Of a DNA stretch of 64,000 bases, positions 24,883 through 35,030 are shown piece by piece; position 1 is the first letter of the stretch, and the number at the start of each line of letters is the position of its first letter. The DNA lies in contig DATGGA010000026.1 in the NCBI GenBank assembly GCA_035308765.1, positions 876 through 64,875 on the forward strand, given 5' to 3'. The notes beneath the pieces are model-generated. The model was not told the DNA's origin, ran no database searches, and worked only from the letters and a program-made list of their open reading frames with translations. The stretch is from Burkholderiales bacterium. Its GTDB lineage: Bacteria; Pseudomonadota; Gammaproteobacteria; Burkholderiales; SG8-39. The position numbers and the translations under genes are program-made.

Positions 24883-26732
24883 GGATCGATCACCCCGTGC
24901 ACGCCGCCTAGGTAGGCTTCCTGCACCTTCGCGTTGCCTTTGATCTCGTCCGGCGTGCCCTCGACCAGCACCCGGCCTTCCTGCAGCACCGTGATGCGCT
25001 CGGCCAGCTCGAACAGCGCGTCCATGTCGTGGTCGATGATGATCATGGTGCGGCCTTGCGCGATCGACTTGAGCAGCTTCACCGTTTCGACCCGTTCGCG
25101 CGGGCTCATGCCGGCGAGCGGCTCATCCAGCAGCAGCAGGCTCGGTGAAGAGGCGAGGGCCAAGCCGACTTCCAGCCGCCGCTTCTCTCCGTAGGCGAGC
25201 TGGGATACCGGCGTGTCGGGGCGCTGGGTGAGGTTCACGAGTTCGAGCGTGTGCTCGACTTGCTCGCTCAGGCCGCGGATCTTCGACAGGCTTGCCAGCA
25301 TGTCGAGTCTGAACTTGCCGCGCAGCTCGGCCAGCGCGGCGATGGTCAGGTTTTCGCGCACGGTCAGGCGGTTGAAGAGCTGGTTGACCTGGTAGCTTTT
25401 GGTCAGGCCGAGCTGGCACACGTCGGTGACGTTCATGCCGGTGATATCGCGGCCCTCGAAAACGATCCTGCCCGAGGTGGGGGGCACTTCGCAGGTGAGC
25501 ATCTTGAAGAAGGTCGACTTACCGGCGCCGTTCGGGCCGATGATCCCGCGCAGTTCGCCTTGCTTCACCGTAAAATCGATGTCGGTGTTGGCGTGCACGC
25601 CGCCGTAATGCTTGGTGAGGCCGGTAGCCTGCAGGATCGGGCCCTTGAAGCCGGCGTCCGCGTGGTGTTGCGCCGGCATTGGAGCGGCAACGTGCTTCTG
25701 GGCAGCCGGCGCTGCCTCCGCCGGATCGGCCGGCATCTCTTTCTTGCCGGTCACCAGGTCGTAGAGATCCTTGATGCCGCCGATGATGCCCTGGCGCAGG
25801 AAGCAGACCAGCAGCACGAACACGAGCCCCAGCACCAGTTTCCACGCCGCGCCCAGCTTGAGAGTCGCCTGCAGGAAGTCCTGCAGAAAAAGCCAGACTG
25901 CCGCGCCCACCAGCGGGCCGAACAGCGTGCCGCGGCCGCCGATGGCGGTCTGCATGATGAGCTGGCCGGAGGTGTCGAACATGAAGGCGTCCGGCGGCAT
26001 GAAGGCCTGCATCACGCCCAGCAGGCCGCCGGCCAGGCCGGCGTAGGCGGCGGCAATGACGAACGCGGTGAGCTTGTAGCCTTGGACGTTGTGGCCGACG
26101 GCCGCCGCGCGCAAGGGGTTTTCGCGGATCGCGGTGAACACGGCGCCGACCGGCGAGCGCACGATGCGCAACGCGATCACGATGCCGATGAAATAGCAGA
26201 ACGCGAGGAACGGATAGAGTGCCCAGCCGGAGGTGAAATGCAGGATCTTGAAACCGAGATTGAGACTCGGGGTCGGCACGCCTGGCAGGCCGTTTTCGCC
26301 CCCGGTCCAATCCGACAGCGGATTGAACTCGATGAAGAAGAACATTTCCGCGATGGCGACCGTGATCATGGCGAAGTAGATGCCGGTGCGGCGCAGGGCA
26401 AGCAGGCCGATCAGGTAGCCGACGACGGCCGCGACGATCATGCCGATGATCAGCGCAAGGATGACGTGAGGGAATCCCGCCCGGGTGAGCAGGTAGGCCG
26501 CCACGAATCCGCCGGTGCCGTAGAAGGCGGACTGGCCGAACGAGAGCAGGCCGGTGTAGCCGAACAGGATGTCGAAGCCGATGCCGAACAGGCCCCAGAC
26601 CAGGATACGGTTGACCGTGTTGGGGGCGGCGTCGAAATAGGGCAGCACGAACGGCACCGCGATCAGGGCGGCCGCCGTCAGCGTCTCGACCAGGAAGGGT
26701 CGCCGCGCAAGCATCATGCGCGCGTACCTCAT
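24879..26732 (-). CDS. Fused LivM-like permease / LivG-like ATPase
   Basis: 617 aa. The N-terminal ~330 aa are hydrophobic and LivM-like; the C-terminal part has GPNGAGKSTFF, YGEKRRLEVG and LLLDEP. Confidence 0.88.
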   Translation of the reverse strand: MRYARMMLARRPFLVETLTAAALIAVPFVLPYFDAAPNTVNRILVWGLFGIGFDILFGYTGLLSFGQSAFYGTGGFVAAYLLTRAGFPHVILALIIGMIVAAVVGYLIGLLALRRTGIYFAMITVAIAEMFFFIEFNPLSDWTGGENGLPGVPTPSLNLGFKILHFTSGWALYPFLAFCYFIGIVIALRIVRSPVGAVFTAIRENPLRAAAVGHNVQGYKLTAFVIAAAYAGLAGGLLGVMQAFMPPDAFMFDTSGQLIMQTAIGGRGTLFGPLVGAAVWLFLQDFLQATLKLGAAWKLVLGLVFVLLVCFLRQGIIGGIKDLYDLVTGKKEMPADPAEAAPAAQKHVAAPMPAQHHADAGFKGPILQATGLTKHYGGVHANTDIDFTVKQGELRGIIGPNGAGKSTFFKMLTCEVPPTSGRIVFEGRDITGMNVTDVCQLGLTKSYQVNQLFNRLTVRENLTIAALAELRGKFRLDMLASLSKIRGLSEQVEHTLELVNLTQRPDTPVSQLAYGEKRRLEVGLALASSPSLLLLDEPLAGMSPRERVETVKLLKSIAQGRTMIIIDHDMDALFELAERITVLQEGRVLVEGTPDEIKGNAKVQEAYLGGVHGVIDP

Positions 26733-27604
26733 TCGCGTCCTTTGGTGCCGAGCAGGCCGTGCGGCCGCACCAGCAACACGAAGGTCATCGCCGCGAACAG
26801 CATGACGTAGGCGTAGCCGGGGTTGACCATCGATGTGATGCTGATGATTTCGCCGGCGATCAGGCCGCCGAGCACCGCGCCCGGGAACGACCCGACGCCG
26901 CCGATGACGACGACGACGAAAGTCTGCACCAGGATCGCCTCGCCCATGTCCGGCGTGAGCGAGGCCACCGGGGCATTCACGATGCCGGCAAACCCCGCCG
27001 CCATCGCGCCGATGCCGAACACCACCATGAACACGCGGTAGACGTTGATTCCGAGGGAATCGACCATGACGGAATCCTCGATGCCCGCGCGCACGATCAT
27101 GCCCAGGCGCGTCCGGTAGAGCACGAAGTACAGCGCGAGTAGCGCCACCGTCACGATGCCGACGAGGGCCAGGCGGTAGGTCGGATAGAACATGATGCCT
27201 AGCGGCGTTATGCCCGAAAGCAGCGCCGGCGGCGGCACGCTCTTCGACAGGCTCGAGAAGAAGAAGCGCACGAGTTCGACGATGCAGATGGAGAGGCCGA
27301 AGGTGACCAGCAGCTGATCTTCGTGCGGACGGCCGTAGAAATGGCGGATGATGAGCCGTTCCATCACCACGCCGACCACCAGCATGAACAGCGCTCCAGC
27401 GACCACCGCGACGGCGAAGGAGCCGGTCGCCTCGAAGGCGACGTAGCCGGCGTAGCCGCCGAGCATGAACATAGCGCCGTGCGCCAGATTCAGCACGCCG
27501 AGCGTGCCGTAGATGATCGTCAGCCCGGAGCTGATGAGCGCGAGCAGCGCGCCCAGCACCAAGCCGTTGAACAGCTGAGAGAGGAAATTAGGCCAATTAA
27601 TCAT
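26729..27604 (-). CDS. livH: Branched-chain amino acid-type ABC transporter permease (LivH-like)
   Basis: 291 aa. Typical LivH N-terminus (FLSQLFNGLVLGALLALISSGLTIIYG) with multiple TM segments. Confidence 0.88.
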   Translation of the reverse strand: MINWPNFLSQLFNGLVLGALLALISSGLTIIYGTLGVLNLAHGAMFMLGGYAGYVAFEATGSFAVAVVAGALFMLVVGVVMERLIIRHFYGRPHEDQLLVTFGLSICIVELVRFFFSSLSKSVPPPALLSGITPLGIMFYPTYRLALVGIVTVALLALYFVLYRTRLGMIVRAGIEDSVMVDSLGINVYRVFMVVFGIGAMAAGFAGIVNAPVASLTPDMGEAILVQTFVVVVIGGVGSFPGAVLGGLIAGEIISITSMVNPGYAYVMLFAAMTFVLLVRPHGLLGTKGRE

Positions 27605-27701
27605 GCAGGCTCGCGAGTATACGGAACGCCTGGAATGAGGCGGCCGCTCCGGCGCCGCGGGCGGCGTTCACCGCTGCGGCGCCGGGGTACTGCCGTTCTC
27701 T

Positions 27702-29063
27702 TTAGGTGTAGTCGCCCAGATTGCAGCCGAACGCGTCCGGTTTCTGCATCAGCGGCGCGCCCGGATCGACCTGCAGGACGGTCCAGTAATCTTCCTTGTT
27801 CTTCATTTCGGAAGGCTTCTTGCCCTGCACGATGACCACCGGGCGGACGAGCTGGTGGTCTTCCTTGCGGAAATAGACCTCGCCGACGGTGGACTGGATC
27901 TTGCGGCCCGCCTCGTAGGACTTGATGACGTCCGGCGGATAGAACGTGCCGGCGTTCTCCACCGCTTCCGCCCAGAGGGCAAAGGACATGTACGCGTTGT
28001 TCGCGCCCCACTCGGGCTTGTAGCCGAACTTCTTCTCGAAGGCCGCGACGAACATCTTGGCGAGCGGGTACTTGTCCTCGAGCGTCCACCAGAAGTCGGT
28101 CGCCGCATACACGCCGGCGAGCAGCCCGCCGCCGGTTTCGGGCGCAAGGAACGGGATCTGGTAGGGAATGACGAGCTTCATCTTGTCGAAGATGCCGAAC
28201 TGCTTCGCCTGCTGCGTCGAGAGCACCGCGTCATGGCCCCAGTTGACGTTGATCAGCACGTCGGCGCCGGAATTGGCCACGTTGAGCAGGTACGAGGAGT
28301 AGTCGGGCGCGCCGAGCGGCGCGACCTGGTTCGTCGACGTGGTCCATCCCGCGGTCGCGAGGTAGTCCTGCATCGACTTCGTCACTGTGTGGCCGTAGGT
28401 GTAGTCGGGCGTCAGGTACGCGGCCTTCTTGTTTTTGCCGTAGGCTTTCACGATGACCGGGCCGATGGCGGCCGCCGCGGTCTGGCCATAGAAGTTCTGG
28501 CGGAAGCCGTAGCGCACGCAGTCCTTGCCGGTGGTGTCGTTGGAGCCCGAGATCCCGGTGACGTAAAGCACTTTCTCACGCTGCGCGAGCTTGTTGAGCG
28601 CCACCGCGACCGCGCTCGAAGTCGAACCGGTCATCAATACCGCCTTGTTCTCGGTGATGAAGCGCTGTTCGGCCTGCACCGCGTCGTTCGGCTTGGCGGC
28701 GGAATCGGCGACGCCGTACTTCACCTCCTTGCCGAGCACACCTTTCTTGGACTTGGGCGAGATCGCCTTGATGAGGGGGTTGCCTTCGTTGATATGCTCG
28801 ACCGCGAGCTGCCAGCCCTTGAGCTCGTCCTCGCCCTGCACTGCATAGGTGCCGGTACGCGGCACCGCGATGCCGATGAAGACCGAGCTGCCGGACGAGC
28901 CGGCCGGCCAGGTGCCGATCGGCGGCTGGTCGGCTGCGAAGGCATGCCCCGAAAATCCCGCCGGCAGCGCGAGTCCGCCGGCGACGCCGAGGCCGGTGCG
29001 GATGAACGAACGGCGGCTCAGGTCGGATGGTTGGGATGGTGTTTTTGGTTTGCCGTGATGCAT
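27702..29063 (-). CDS. Liv/amide-type ABC substrate-binding protein with Tat signal
   Basis: Start trimmed to ATG 29063 behind GGAGGA. Twin-arginine signal SRRSFIRTGLGVAGGLALPAGFSGHAFA; type-I periplasmic binding protein fold pattern. Confidence 0.85.
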   Translation of the reverse strand: MHHGKPKTPSQPSDLSRRSFIRTGLGVAGGLALPAGFSGHAFAADQPPIGTWPAGSSGSSVFIGIAVPRTGTYAVQGEDELKGWQLAVEHINEGNPLIKAISPKSKKGVLGKEVKYGVADSAAKPNDAVQAEQRFITENKAVLMTGSTSSAVAVALNKLAQREKVLYVTGISGSNDTTGKDCVRYGFRQNFYGQTAAAAIGPVIVKAYGKNKKAAYLTPDYTYGHTVTKSMQDYLATAGWTTSTNQVAPLGAPDYSSYLLNVANSGADVLINVNWGHDAVLSTQQAKQFGIFDKMKLVIPYQIPFLAPETGGGLLAGVYAATDFWWTLEDKYPLAKMFVAAFEKKFGYKPEWGANNAYMSFALWAEAVENAGTFYPPDVIKSYEAGRKIQSTVGEVYFRKEDHQLVRPVVIVQGKKPSEMKNKEDYWTVLQVDPGAPLMQKPDAFGCNLGDYT

Positions 29064-29136
29064 GACGTTCCTCCTATGTGAGGGCACGCGCGCTCCGTGA
29101 GTCGCACGCACCCGCGGTCTCCCCTCTGAAATCGGA

Positions 29137-29181
29137 TATATCGTATTACGATATAAATAAAAGTATATCGCAAGACGATAT
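29137..29181. promoter_or_regulatory. Two tandem operator-like palindromes ATATCG-N5-CGATAT
   Basis: TATATCG-tatta-CGATATA (29137-29155) and ATATCG-caaga-CGATAT (29165-29181), centres 27 bp apart. They lie in the AT-rich divergent region between the ABC operon and the thioesterase gene. Confidence 0.55.
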
Positions 29182-29183
29182 GC

Positions 29184-29648
29184 GTGGGCACCGCCGTTCG
29201 CGCCTGCTACCTACCCCCGGCGCGCTACACTCCGGCCGTGGAATTGTCCGCCCTGCTGGCGCCCGGTTTCTCCGGAGCCGCCGAACTGCTCGTCGGCGAA
29301 GAGCACACCGCGCCGCGCGTGGGCAGCGGACTGGTGCACGTCCTCGCGACGCCGGTAATGATCAACCTGTTCGAAGCCGCCGCGCTCGATGCAGTCGACA
29401 AGCATCTGCCGGCCGGCTACCAGAGCCTCGGCACGGTGCTCGACGTGCGCCATATCGCAGCGACGCCGGTGGGCATGAAGGTCTTCGCCCTGGCAAAGAT
29501 TCTGAAAATCGAAGGCAGGACCGTATTCCTTGCCGTCGAGGCGCGCGACGAGCATGAACTGATCGGCGACGGCTTGCACCAGCGGGTCGTCGTAAACGTC
29601 GAGAAATTCGACCAGAGAGTCGCGCGCAAGCACTTGCCGAAACAATGA
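29184..29648 (+). CDS. Hotdog-fold thioesterase (FlK-like family)
   Basis: TAPRVGSGLVHVLATPVMINLFEAAA...GTVLDVRHIAATPVG...EGRTVFLAVEARDE pattern. Start uncertain: GTG 29184 or GTG 29238, the latter clearing the operator palindromes. Confidence 0.7.
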   Translation: MGTAVRACYLPPARYTPAVELSALLAPGFSGAAELLVGEEHTAPRVGSGLVHVLATPVMINLFEAAALDAVDKHLPAGYQSLGTVLDVRHIAATPVGMKVFALAKILKIEGRTVFLAVEARDEHELIGDGLHQRVVVNVEKFDQRVARKHLPKQ

Positions 29649-30877
29649 AGCGCGACGCGGTGGTGCTGGGCGCGGGGATCGTCGGCGTTTGCGTGGCGCT
29701 GCACTTGCAGGCGCGCGGCCGGTCGGTGGCGCTGCTCGACCGGCGCGGCGCAGCCGAGGAGACGTCCTACGGCAACGCGGGCCTGATCCAGCGCGAAGGC
29801 GTCTATCCCTACGGTTTTCCGCACGATTTCGGCGCGTTGCTGCGCTACGGCTTCAACCGCACCATCGATGCGCATTACCATCCGTCGGCGCTGCCGGGTC
29901 TGGCGCCGTTCCTGTGGAAGTACTGGCGCCACTCGCGCCGCGAGCGGCACACGCGCATCGCCAAGCTCTATTCGCGCCTGATCGAGCATTGCGTGGCCGA
30001 GCACGATGCGCTCGCCGCCAGTGCGGGCGCCGAGCACCTGTTGCGGCGCACGGGCTGGATGCGCGTTTTCCGCACCGAGCGTGAGCGTGACCTTCGCTTC
30101 GCCGAGGCCGCGCGCTGGCGCGCGGAATTCGGCATTAATTTTTCTGCATTGGACGCGAAAGGAATACAGGAAGAGGAGCCCCATCTCGCCCCCGTGCTTA
30201 GCGGCGCGCTGCACTGGACGGATCCAGTGAGCGTGGTCGACCCGCAGGGCCTGGCGCTCGCCTACTTGAAGCTTTTCGAGAGCAGGGGCGGCAAATTCTT
30301 GCAGGGGAATGCTGCCTCGCTGGAGCAAGGTTGGTCGGTCCGTACCGTGGAAGGCAAAGTAGAAGCGAAAGAAGTCGTTATTGCACTCGGGCCATGGGCC
30401 GATGTGGTGACACGCGCGCTTGGCTACGACCTGCCGCTGGCGGTGAAGCGCGGCTATCACATGCACTACCGGACAGCCGGGGCGGCGCATCTGAACCACC
30501 CCATCCTCGACACCGAGCGCGGCTACCTGATCGCTCCGATGACGCGCGGCATCCGGCTCACCACCGGCGCCGAGTTCGCGCTGCGCGATGCGATCCGCAC
30601 GCCGGTGCAGCTCGGCCGCGCCGAGCCGATCGCGCGAGACCTGTTCCCGCTCGCCGAACGCCTCGACAACGAACCCTGGATGGGCGCGCGGCCCTGCACG
30701 CCGGACATGATGCCGATCATCGGCAGGGCGCCGCGCCACGACGGGCTATGGTTCGCGTTCGGCCACGCGCACCACGGCCTCACGCTGGGGCCGGTGACCG
30801 GGCGCCTGATCGGCGAGATGGTGGCGGGCGAGACGCCTTTCGTGGATCCGGCTCCCTACCGCGCCGACCGGTTCTGA
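29645..30877 (+). CDS. FAD-dependent oxidoreductase (DadA / D-amino-acid dehydrogenase-like)
   Basis: 410 aa with the MKRDAVVLGAGIVGVCVALHL Rossmann motif. ATGA overlap with the thioesterase stop. Confidence 0.82.
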   Translation: MKRDAVVLGAGIVGVCVALHLQARGRSVALLDRRGAAEETSYGNAGLIQREGVYPYGFPHDFGALLRYGFNRTIDAHYHPSALPGLAPFLWKYWRHSRRERHTRIAKLYSRLIEHCVAEHDALAASAGAEHLLRRTGWMRVFRTERERDLRFAEAARWRAEFGINFSALDAKGIQEEEPHLAPVLSGALHWTDPVSVVDPQGLALAYLKLFESRGGKFLQGNAASLEQGWSVRTVEGKVEAKEVVIALGPWADVVTRALGYDLPLAVKRGYHMHYRTAGAAHLNHPILDTERGYLIAPMTRGIRLTTGAEFALRDAIRTPVQLGRAEPIARDLFPLAERLDNEPWMGARPCTPDMMPIIGRAPRHDGLWFAFGHAHHGLTLGPVTGRLIGEMVAGETPFVDPAPYRADRF

Positions 30878-30895
30878 AATATCCCCTGAAGCCGT

Positions 30896-32455
30896 TCAGT
30901 GAGCGGCGGGGGACGCCCCGAAAGGCGGCTTGGTGGTCCAGAGCACCGCGATGAGCGCGAGGAACAGCCCCGTGATCACCCAGAAAACATCGTTGGTCGC
31001 GAGCATATAGGCTTGGCTGTCCACCATGCGGTTGATCTGCTCATGGGCCGAGTCGGTGCTCATGCCCAGGGAGGTCAGCTTGTCCAGCATGTCGCGCGCC
31101 GGCGCGTCGTACGCGTTGACGTGCTCGATCAGCTGGGTGCGGTGGATGGATTGGCGGTGGTCCCAGCCCGCGATGGTGATGGAGGCGGCGAAGCTGCCCA
31201 GCATCATGCGCAGGAAGTTCTGCAGTGCCGTGGCGTTGGCGATGCGCGCGATCGGGATGCCGCTCAGGTTGATGGAAAACAGCGGTGCGAAAAAGAACGC
31301 GACGCCCACGCCCTGCAGCCATTGCGGCAGCATGATGGTGGCGAAGTCGGCTCCGGTGTTGAAGGTCGAGCGCCAGTAGCCGGTGAGGGCGAAAGTGAGG
31401 AAGCCGACCGTGGCGAGCAGCCGCGGATCGACGCCCTTGCCGATGGCGCGTCCGACTACTGGTGCGAACAGCACCGCGAACACGCCGCCCGGCGCCAGCG
31501 CGTAGCCGGCCCACTGCGAGGTGTAGCCTAGCTGCGTCTGCAGCCACAACGGCAGCAGGATGACGCCGGCGAAGAACAGCGCGTAGCCCAGCGACACTGT
31601 GATCACGCCGCTGCGGAAATTGCGGAAGCGGAACAACCCCAGGTCGACTACCGGATGCTCCTCGGTCAGTTCCCAGGCGAGGAACAGCGCGAAGCCGAGC
31701 AATGCGATCACGCCCAGCGTGACGATGAAACCGGAATGGAACCAGTCGAGCTCGTTGCCCTTGTCGAGCAGGATCTGCAGGCAGCCCACCCACAGCACGA
31801 TCAATCCGATGCCGGTCCAGTCCACCGGCAGCTTGCGCGTCTCGGTGTCGCGGTCGCGCAGCATGAGCCAGGTCGTAATCGAGGCGAAGACGCCGAAGGG
31901 CAGGTTGATGAGGAAGATCCAGGACCAGTGGTAGTTGTCGGTGATCCAGCCGCCCAGCAGCGGGCCGATGATGGGCGCCACGGTGATGGTCATCACCCAG
32001 ATCGCCAGCGCCATGCCGCGCTTGGCCGGCGGAAAGTTCGACAGCAGCAGCGCCTGCGACAGCGGCACCATGAAGCCGGCCGCGGCGCCCTGCAGCACGC
32101 GGAAGGTCACCAGAAGCTCCAGGCTGGTGGCGAGCGCGCACAGCAGCGAAGCCCCGGTGAAGCAGGCGATCATGGTGGCGTAGACCCGCACTTGTCCGAA
32201 GCGGCCGGCGAACCAGCCCGCGAGCGGCACGGTGATGGCGTTGGCCACCGCGTAGGAGGTGATCACCCAGGCGCCCTGGCTGGGCGCCACCGCGAGGTCG
32301 CCCGTGATGGTGGGGATCGCGACGTTGGCGATGGTGAGGTCGAGCACCTCCATCACGTTCGCCATCGACAGCACGAAGGTGAGGAATGCAAGCGTAAGGC
32401 CGGTGTAAGGCTGCGGCGCGGTCCTGGCGTCGGCCATGGCGGATGGGTCGCTCAA
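30896..32455 (-). CDS. emrB: DHA2-family MFS multidrug efflux permease (EmrB/QacA-like, 14 TMS)
   Basis: 519 aa. LDLTIANVAIPTI and GWITDNYHWSWIFLINLP are typical of EmrB. Confidence 0.88.
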   Translation of the reverse strand: MSDPSAMADARTAPQPYTGLTLAFLTFVLSMANVMEVLDLTIANVAIPTITGDLAVAPSQGAWVITSYAVANAITVPLAGWFAGRFGQVRVYATMIACFTGASLLCALATSLELLVTFRVLQGAAAGFMVPLSQALLLSNFPPAKRGMALAIWVMTITVAPIIGPLLGGWITDNYHWSWIFLINLPFGVFASITTWLMLRDRDTETRKLPVDWTGIGLIVLWVGCLQILLDKGNELDWFHSGFIVTLGVIALLGFALFLAWELTEEHPVVDLGLFRFRNFRSGVITVSLGYALFFAGVILLPLWLQTQLGYTSQWAGYALAPGGVFAVLFAPVVGRAIGKGVDPRLLATVGFLTFALTGYWRSTFNTGADFATIMLPQWLQGVGVAFFFAPLFSINLSGIPIARIANATALQNFLRMMLGSFAASITIAGWDHRQSIHRTQLIEHVNAYDAPARDMLDKLTSLGMSTDSAHEQINRMVDSQAYMLATNDVFWVITGLFLALIAVLWTTKPPFGASPAAH

Positions 32456-33618
32456 CTGCGCGGCTTGCCGCCGCCGTTTTCCTGGATGATGCGCGCGATG
32501 CGCTCGGCCGCCTTGCTCTCCGGCGCCTCGAACACGTTGGTCTCCTGCACCGCCGGCGCACGCTCCGCCTGCGGCAGCCGCTGTCCGCTGCGGTCGCGCG
32601 TTTCGATGGCGACGCGCAGCGACAGCCCGATCTGCAGCGGATGCGCCGCGACCTCCTTGGGATCGAGAACCACGCGTACCGGCACGCGCTGCACCACCTT
32701 GATCCAGTTGCCGGTGGCGTTCTGGGCCGGCAGCAGCGCAAACGCGGCGCCGGTGCCGGCGCCGAAGCCGGCGACGCGGCCGCGGTATTCGACGTGGTTG
32801 CCATACAGGTCCGAGATGACCGTCGCCGTCTGCCCGACGCGCACGTCGGCGAGCTGGCTTTCCTTGAAATTCGCATCCACCCAGACCTGGTCCAGCGGCA
32901 CTACCGCCATCATCGGGGTGCCGGCGGAGACGCGCTGCCCGACCTGCACGCTGCGCTTGGCGACGAATCCGGATACCGGTGCGGGCATCACGGTGCGCGC
33001 GTACGAGATGAAAGCCTCGTGCACCTTGGCCGCCGCTGCGGCAACGTCGGGATGCGCCGCCACGGTCGTGCCGTCGGTCAGCGCGCGGCTTGCCACCAGC
33101 TGCTCGCGTGCGGCCGCGAGCGCCGCCTCGGACGCGGCGACGGCGTCGCGCGCATGCTCGATTTCCTCGCGCGATACGGCGCCATCCGCGGACGCCTGCT
33201 CGCGGCGCGCAAGATCCTGCTTCACGCGCGCAAGTTCGGTTTCGCGCTGCGTGACTGTGGCGCCGAGTTGCCCGTCGGTTGCATAGAGCGCGCGCACCTG
33301 GCGTACCGCGCGCGCCAGGTTCGCCTCCGCCTGCTCCAGCGCTACCTTGGCGTCGGCCTGGTCCAGGCGCACCAGCTCATCGCCGGCTTTGACGAAATCG
33401 GTATCGTCGGCGCGCACTGCGATGACAGTGCCCGCGGCCTGCGGCGTCACCTGCACCACGTTGCCGCCCACGTAGGCGTCGTCGGTCGTCTCGACCCATT
33501 GACCCGCGAGCCACCACCAGACGCCCCAGGCAATGCCGCCCGCCGCGAACAGAAGCAGGATGATGGCGAGCGCGGTCTTGCGCTTGCCGTTGGCGCTTGC
33601 CGGGGGCTGTGCGCTCAT
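32452..33618 (-). CDS. emrA: HlyD-family membrane fusion protein (EmrA-like)
   Basis: Start trimmed to ATG 33618 (MSAQPPASANGKRK..., TM anchor, TDDAYVGGNVVQVTPQ). 388 aa, with 4-nt overlaps on both sides. Confidence 0.88.
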   Translation of the reverse strand: MSAQPPASANGKRKTALAIILLLFAAGGIAWGVWWWLAGQWVETTDDAYVGGNVVQVTPQAAGTVIAVRADDTDFVKAGDELVRLDQADAKVALEQAEANLARAVRQVRALYATDGQLGATVTQRETELARVKQDLARREQASADGAVSREEIEHARDAVAASEAALAAAREQLVASRALTDGTTVAAHPDVAAAAAKVHEAFISYARTVMPAPVSGFVAKRSVQVGQRVSAGTPMMAVVPLDQVWVDANFKESQLADVRVGQTATVISDLYGNHVEYRGRVAGFGAGTGAAFALLPAQNATGNWIKVVQRVPVRVVLDPKEVAAHPLQIGLSLRVAIETRDRSGQRLPQAERAPAVQETNVFEAPESKAAERIARIIQENGGGKPRS

Positions 33619-35030
33619 GTCTTGCCGCCGTAGCCGCCGCCCAGCGCGCGCGCGAGGCCGATCGCCGCTTCCAGGCGGCGCGCCCGCAATTCGGCAACGA
33701 GGCCGCGCTGCGCTGTGAGCTGCGTTTCGGCGCCGATCACGGTGAGGTAGCTGGAGAGCCCCGCCCGGTAGCGGGCGAGGGCGAGATCGTAGGCCGACTG
33801 GGCCGCCGCAAGGCTGGCGGCGACTTCGGCTTCCTGGCGTTCGATCGAGCGCCAGGCCGCGACCTGGTCGGCGACATCGCGCAGCGCCTCGGCCAGCGCC
33901 TGGTTGTACTGCTCGGCCGCGGCATCGTAGTCGGCATTCTTTGTTCCCAGGTTTCCGCGCAGCTGGCCGCCGTCGAATATCGGCAGGCTGAGCGCAGGGC
34001 CGGCTCCCAGCGCCCGGCTGCCGGTCTCCACGAACTTCGACCAGGTGATGGCCTGCAGCCCGGCGAATGCGATCAGGTTCAGGTTCGGATAGAACTCGGC
34101 GCGCGCGCGATCCGCGTCGCGCTCCGCGGCCTCCACGCGCCAGCGGCTGGCGACGATGTCGGGTCGGCGGCCCAGCAAATCCACGGGCAGCTGCGACGGC
34201 AGCGCGAAGGCCGCGCCGGCGCCGGGCCTGGGGCGTTCGATGGCGAGCCCGCGGTCCGGGCCCTGGCCGAGCAGGGCGGCGATCTGGTGGCGCGAGAGTT
34301 CGATGGACTCCTCCAGTTGCGCGATGCGCTGGCGCGTTTCGGGCGGTGTGCCCTGCGCCTGCCTCAGCTCCACGCGCGAATCGAGGCCGGCCAAAAGACG
34401 GGTGTGGACCAGCTTCAACTGGTGCTCGCGCTGCGCCAGCAATTCGCGCGCGAGGTCGAGCTGGTCGAAGGTGCGGGCCATCTGCACGTAGGCGAGCGCC
34501 ACCGCGCTGGAGAGCATCAGCCTTGCGGCATGCGCGTCCGCCTCGGCAGCTTTCGCCTGGCCGAGCGCCGCCGCGTGCGCGGCGGCGTTGCGCCCCCAGA
34601 AGTCGAAGTCGTAGGAGAAGTTGAGCAGCGCCTGGTTCTGCCAGATCCAGCTGCCGGCAAGCGGCCTCGGATAGATGCTGTTCTCGGAGATCCGCTGGCG
34701 CGAGGCGCCGGCTTGGGCGCTGGCCTGCGGCGCGAGCGCGGCGCCGGCGGCTTCGGCGAGAGCAACGGCGCGGTCCACGCGCGAGCGCGCGAGGCGCATG
34801 GTCGGACTGGCCGCGAGCGCCTCCGCAATCAGCGCATCCAGCTGCGGATCGGCGAGCGACTTCCACCATTCTTCGCTTGGCCAGGCGCCGGGAGCGACCG
34901 GCACGGCGGCCAGCGATTCGGCTGCCTTGAGCTGCAGCGCGTCCGCCGGCTTGGAGCGCTTCACGAGGCCGTCGCTGCTGGCGCAGCCAGCGATGAGCAG
35001 GACAATGAGAATAAGAAAGATGCGGTTCAC
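33615..35030 (-). CDS. NodT-family outer-membrane efflux lipoprotein
   Basis: GTG start at 35030 (VNRIFLILIVLLIAGC lipobox). WWKSLADPQLDALI and two TolC-like repeats. GTGA overlap with the marR stop. Confidence 0.85.
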   Translation of the reverse strand: MNRIFLILIVLLIAGCASSDGLVKRSKPADALQLKAAESLAAVPVAPGAWPSEEWWKSLADPQLDALIAEALAASPTMRLARSRVDRAVALAEAAGAALAPQASAQAGASRQRISENSIYPRPLAGSWIWQNQALLNFSYDFDFWGRNAAAHAAALGQAKAAEADAHAARLMLSSAVALAYVQMARTFDQLDLARELLAQREHQLKLVHTRLLAGLDSRVELRQAQGTPPETRQRIAQLEESIELSRHQIAALLGQGPDRGLAIERPRPGAGAAFALPSQLPVDLLGRRPDIVASRWRVEAAERDADRARAEFYPNLNLIAFAGLQAITWSKFVETGSRALGAGPALSLPIFDGGQLRGNLGTKNADYDAAAEQYNQALAEALRDVADQVAAWRSIERQEAEVAASLAAAQSAYDLALARYRAGLSSYLTVIGAETQLTAQRGLVAELRARRLEAAIGLARALGGGYGGKT

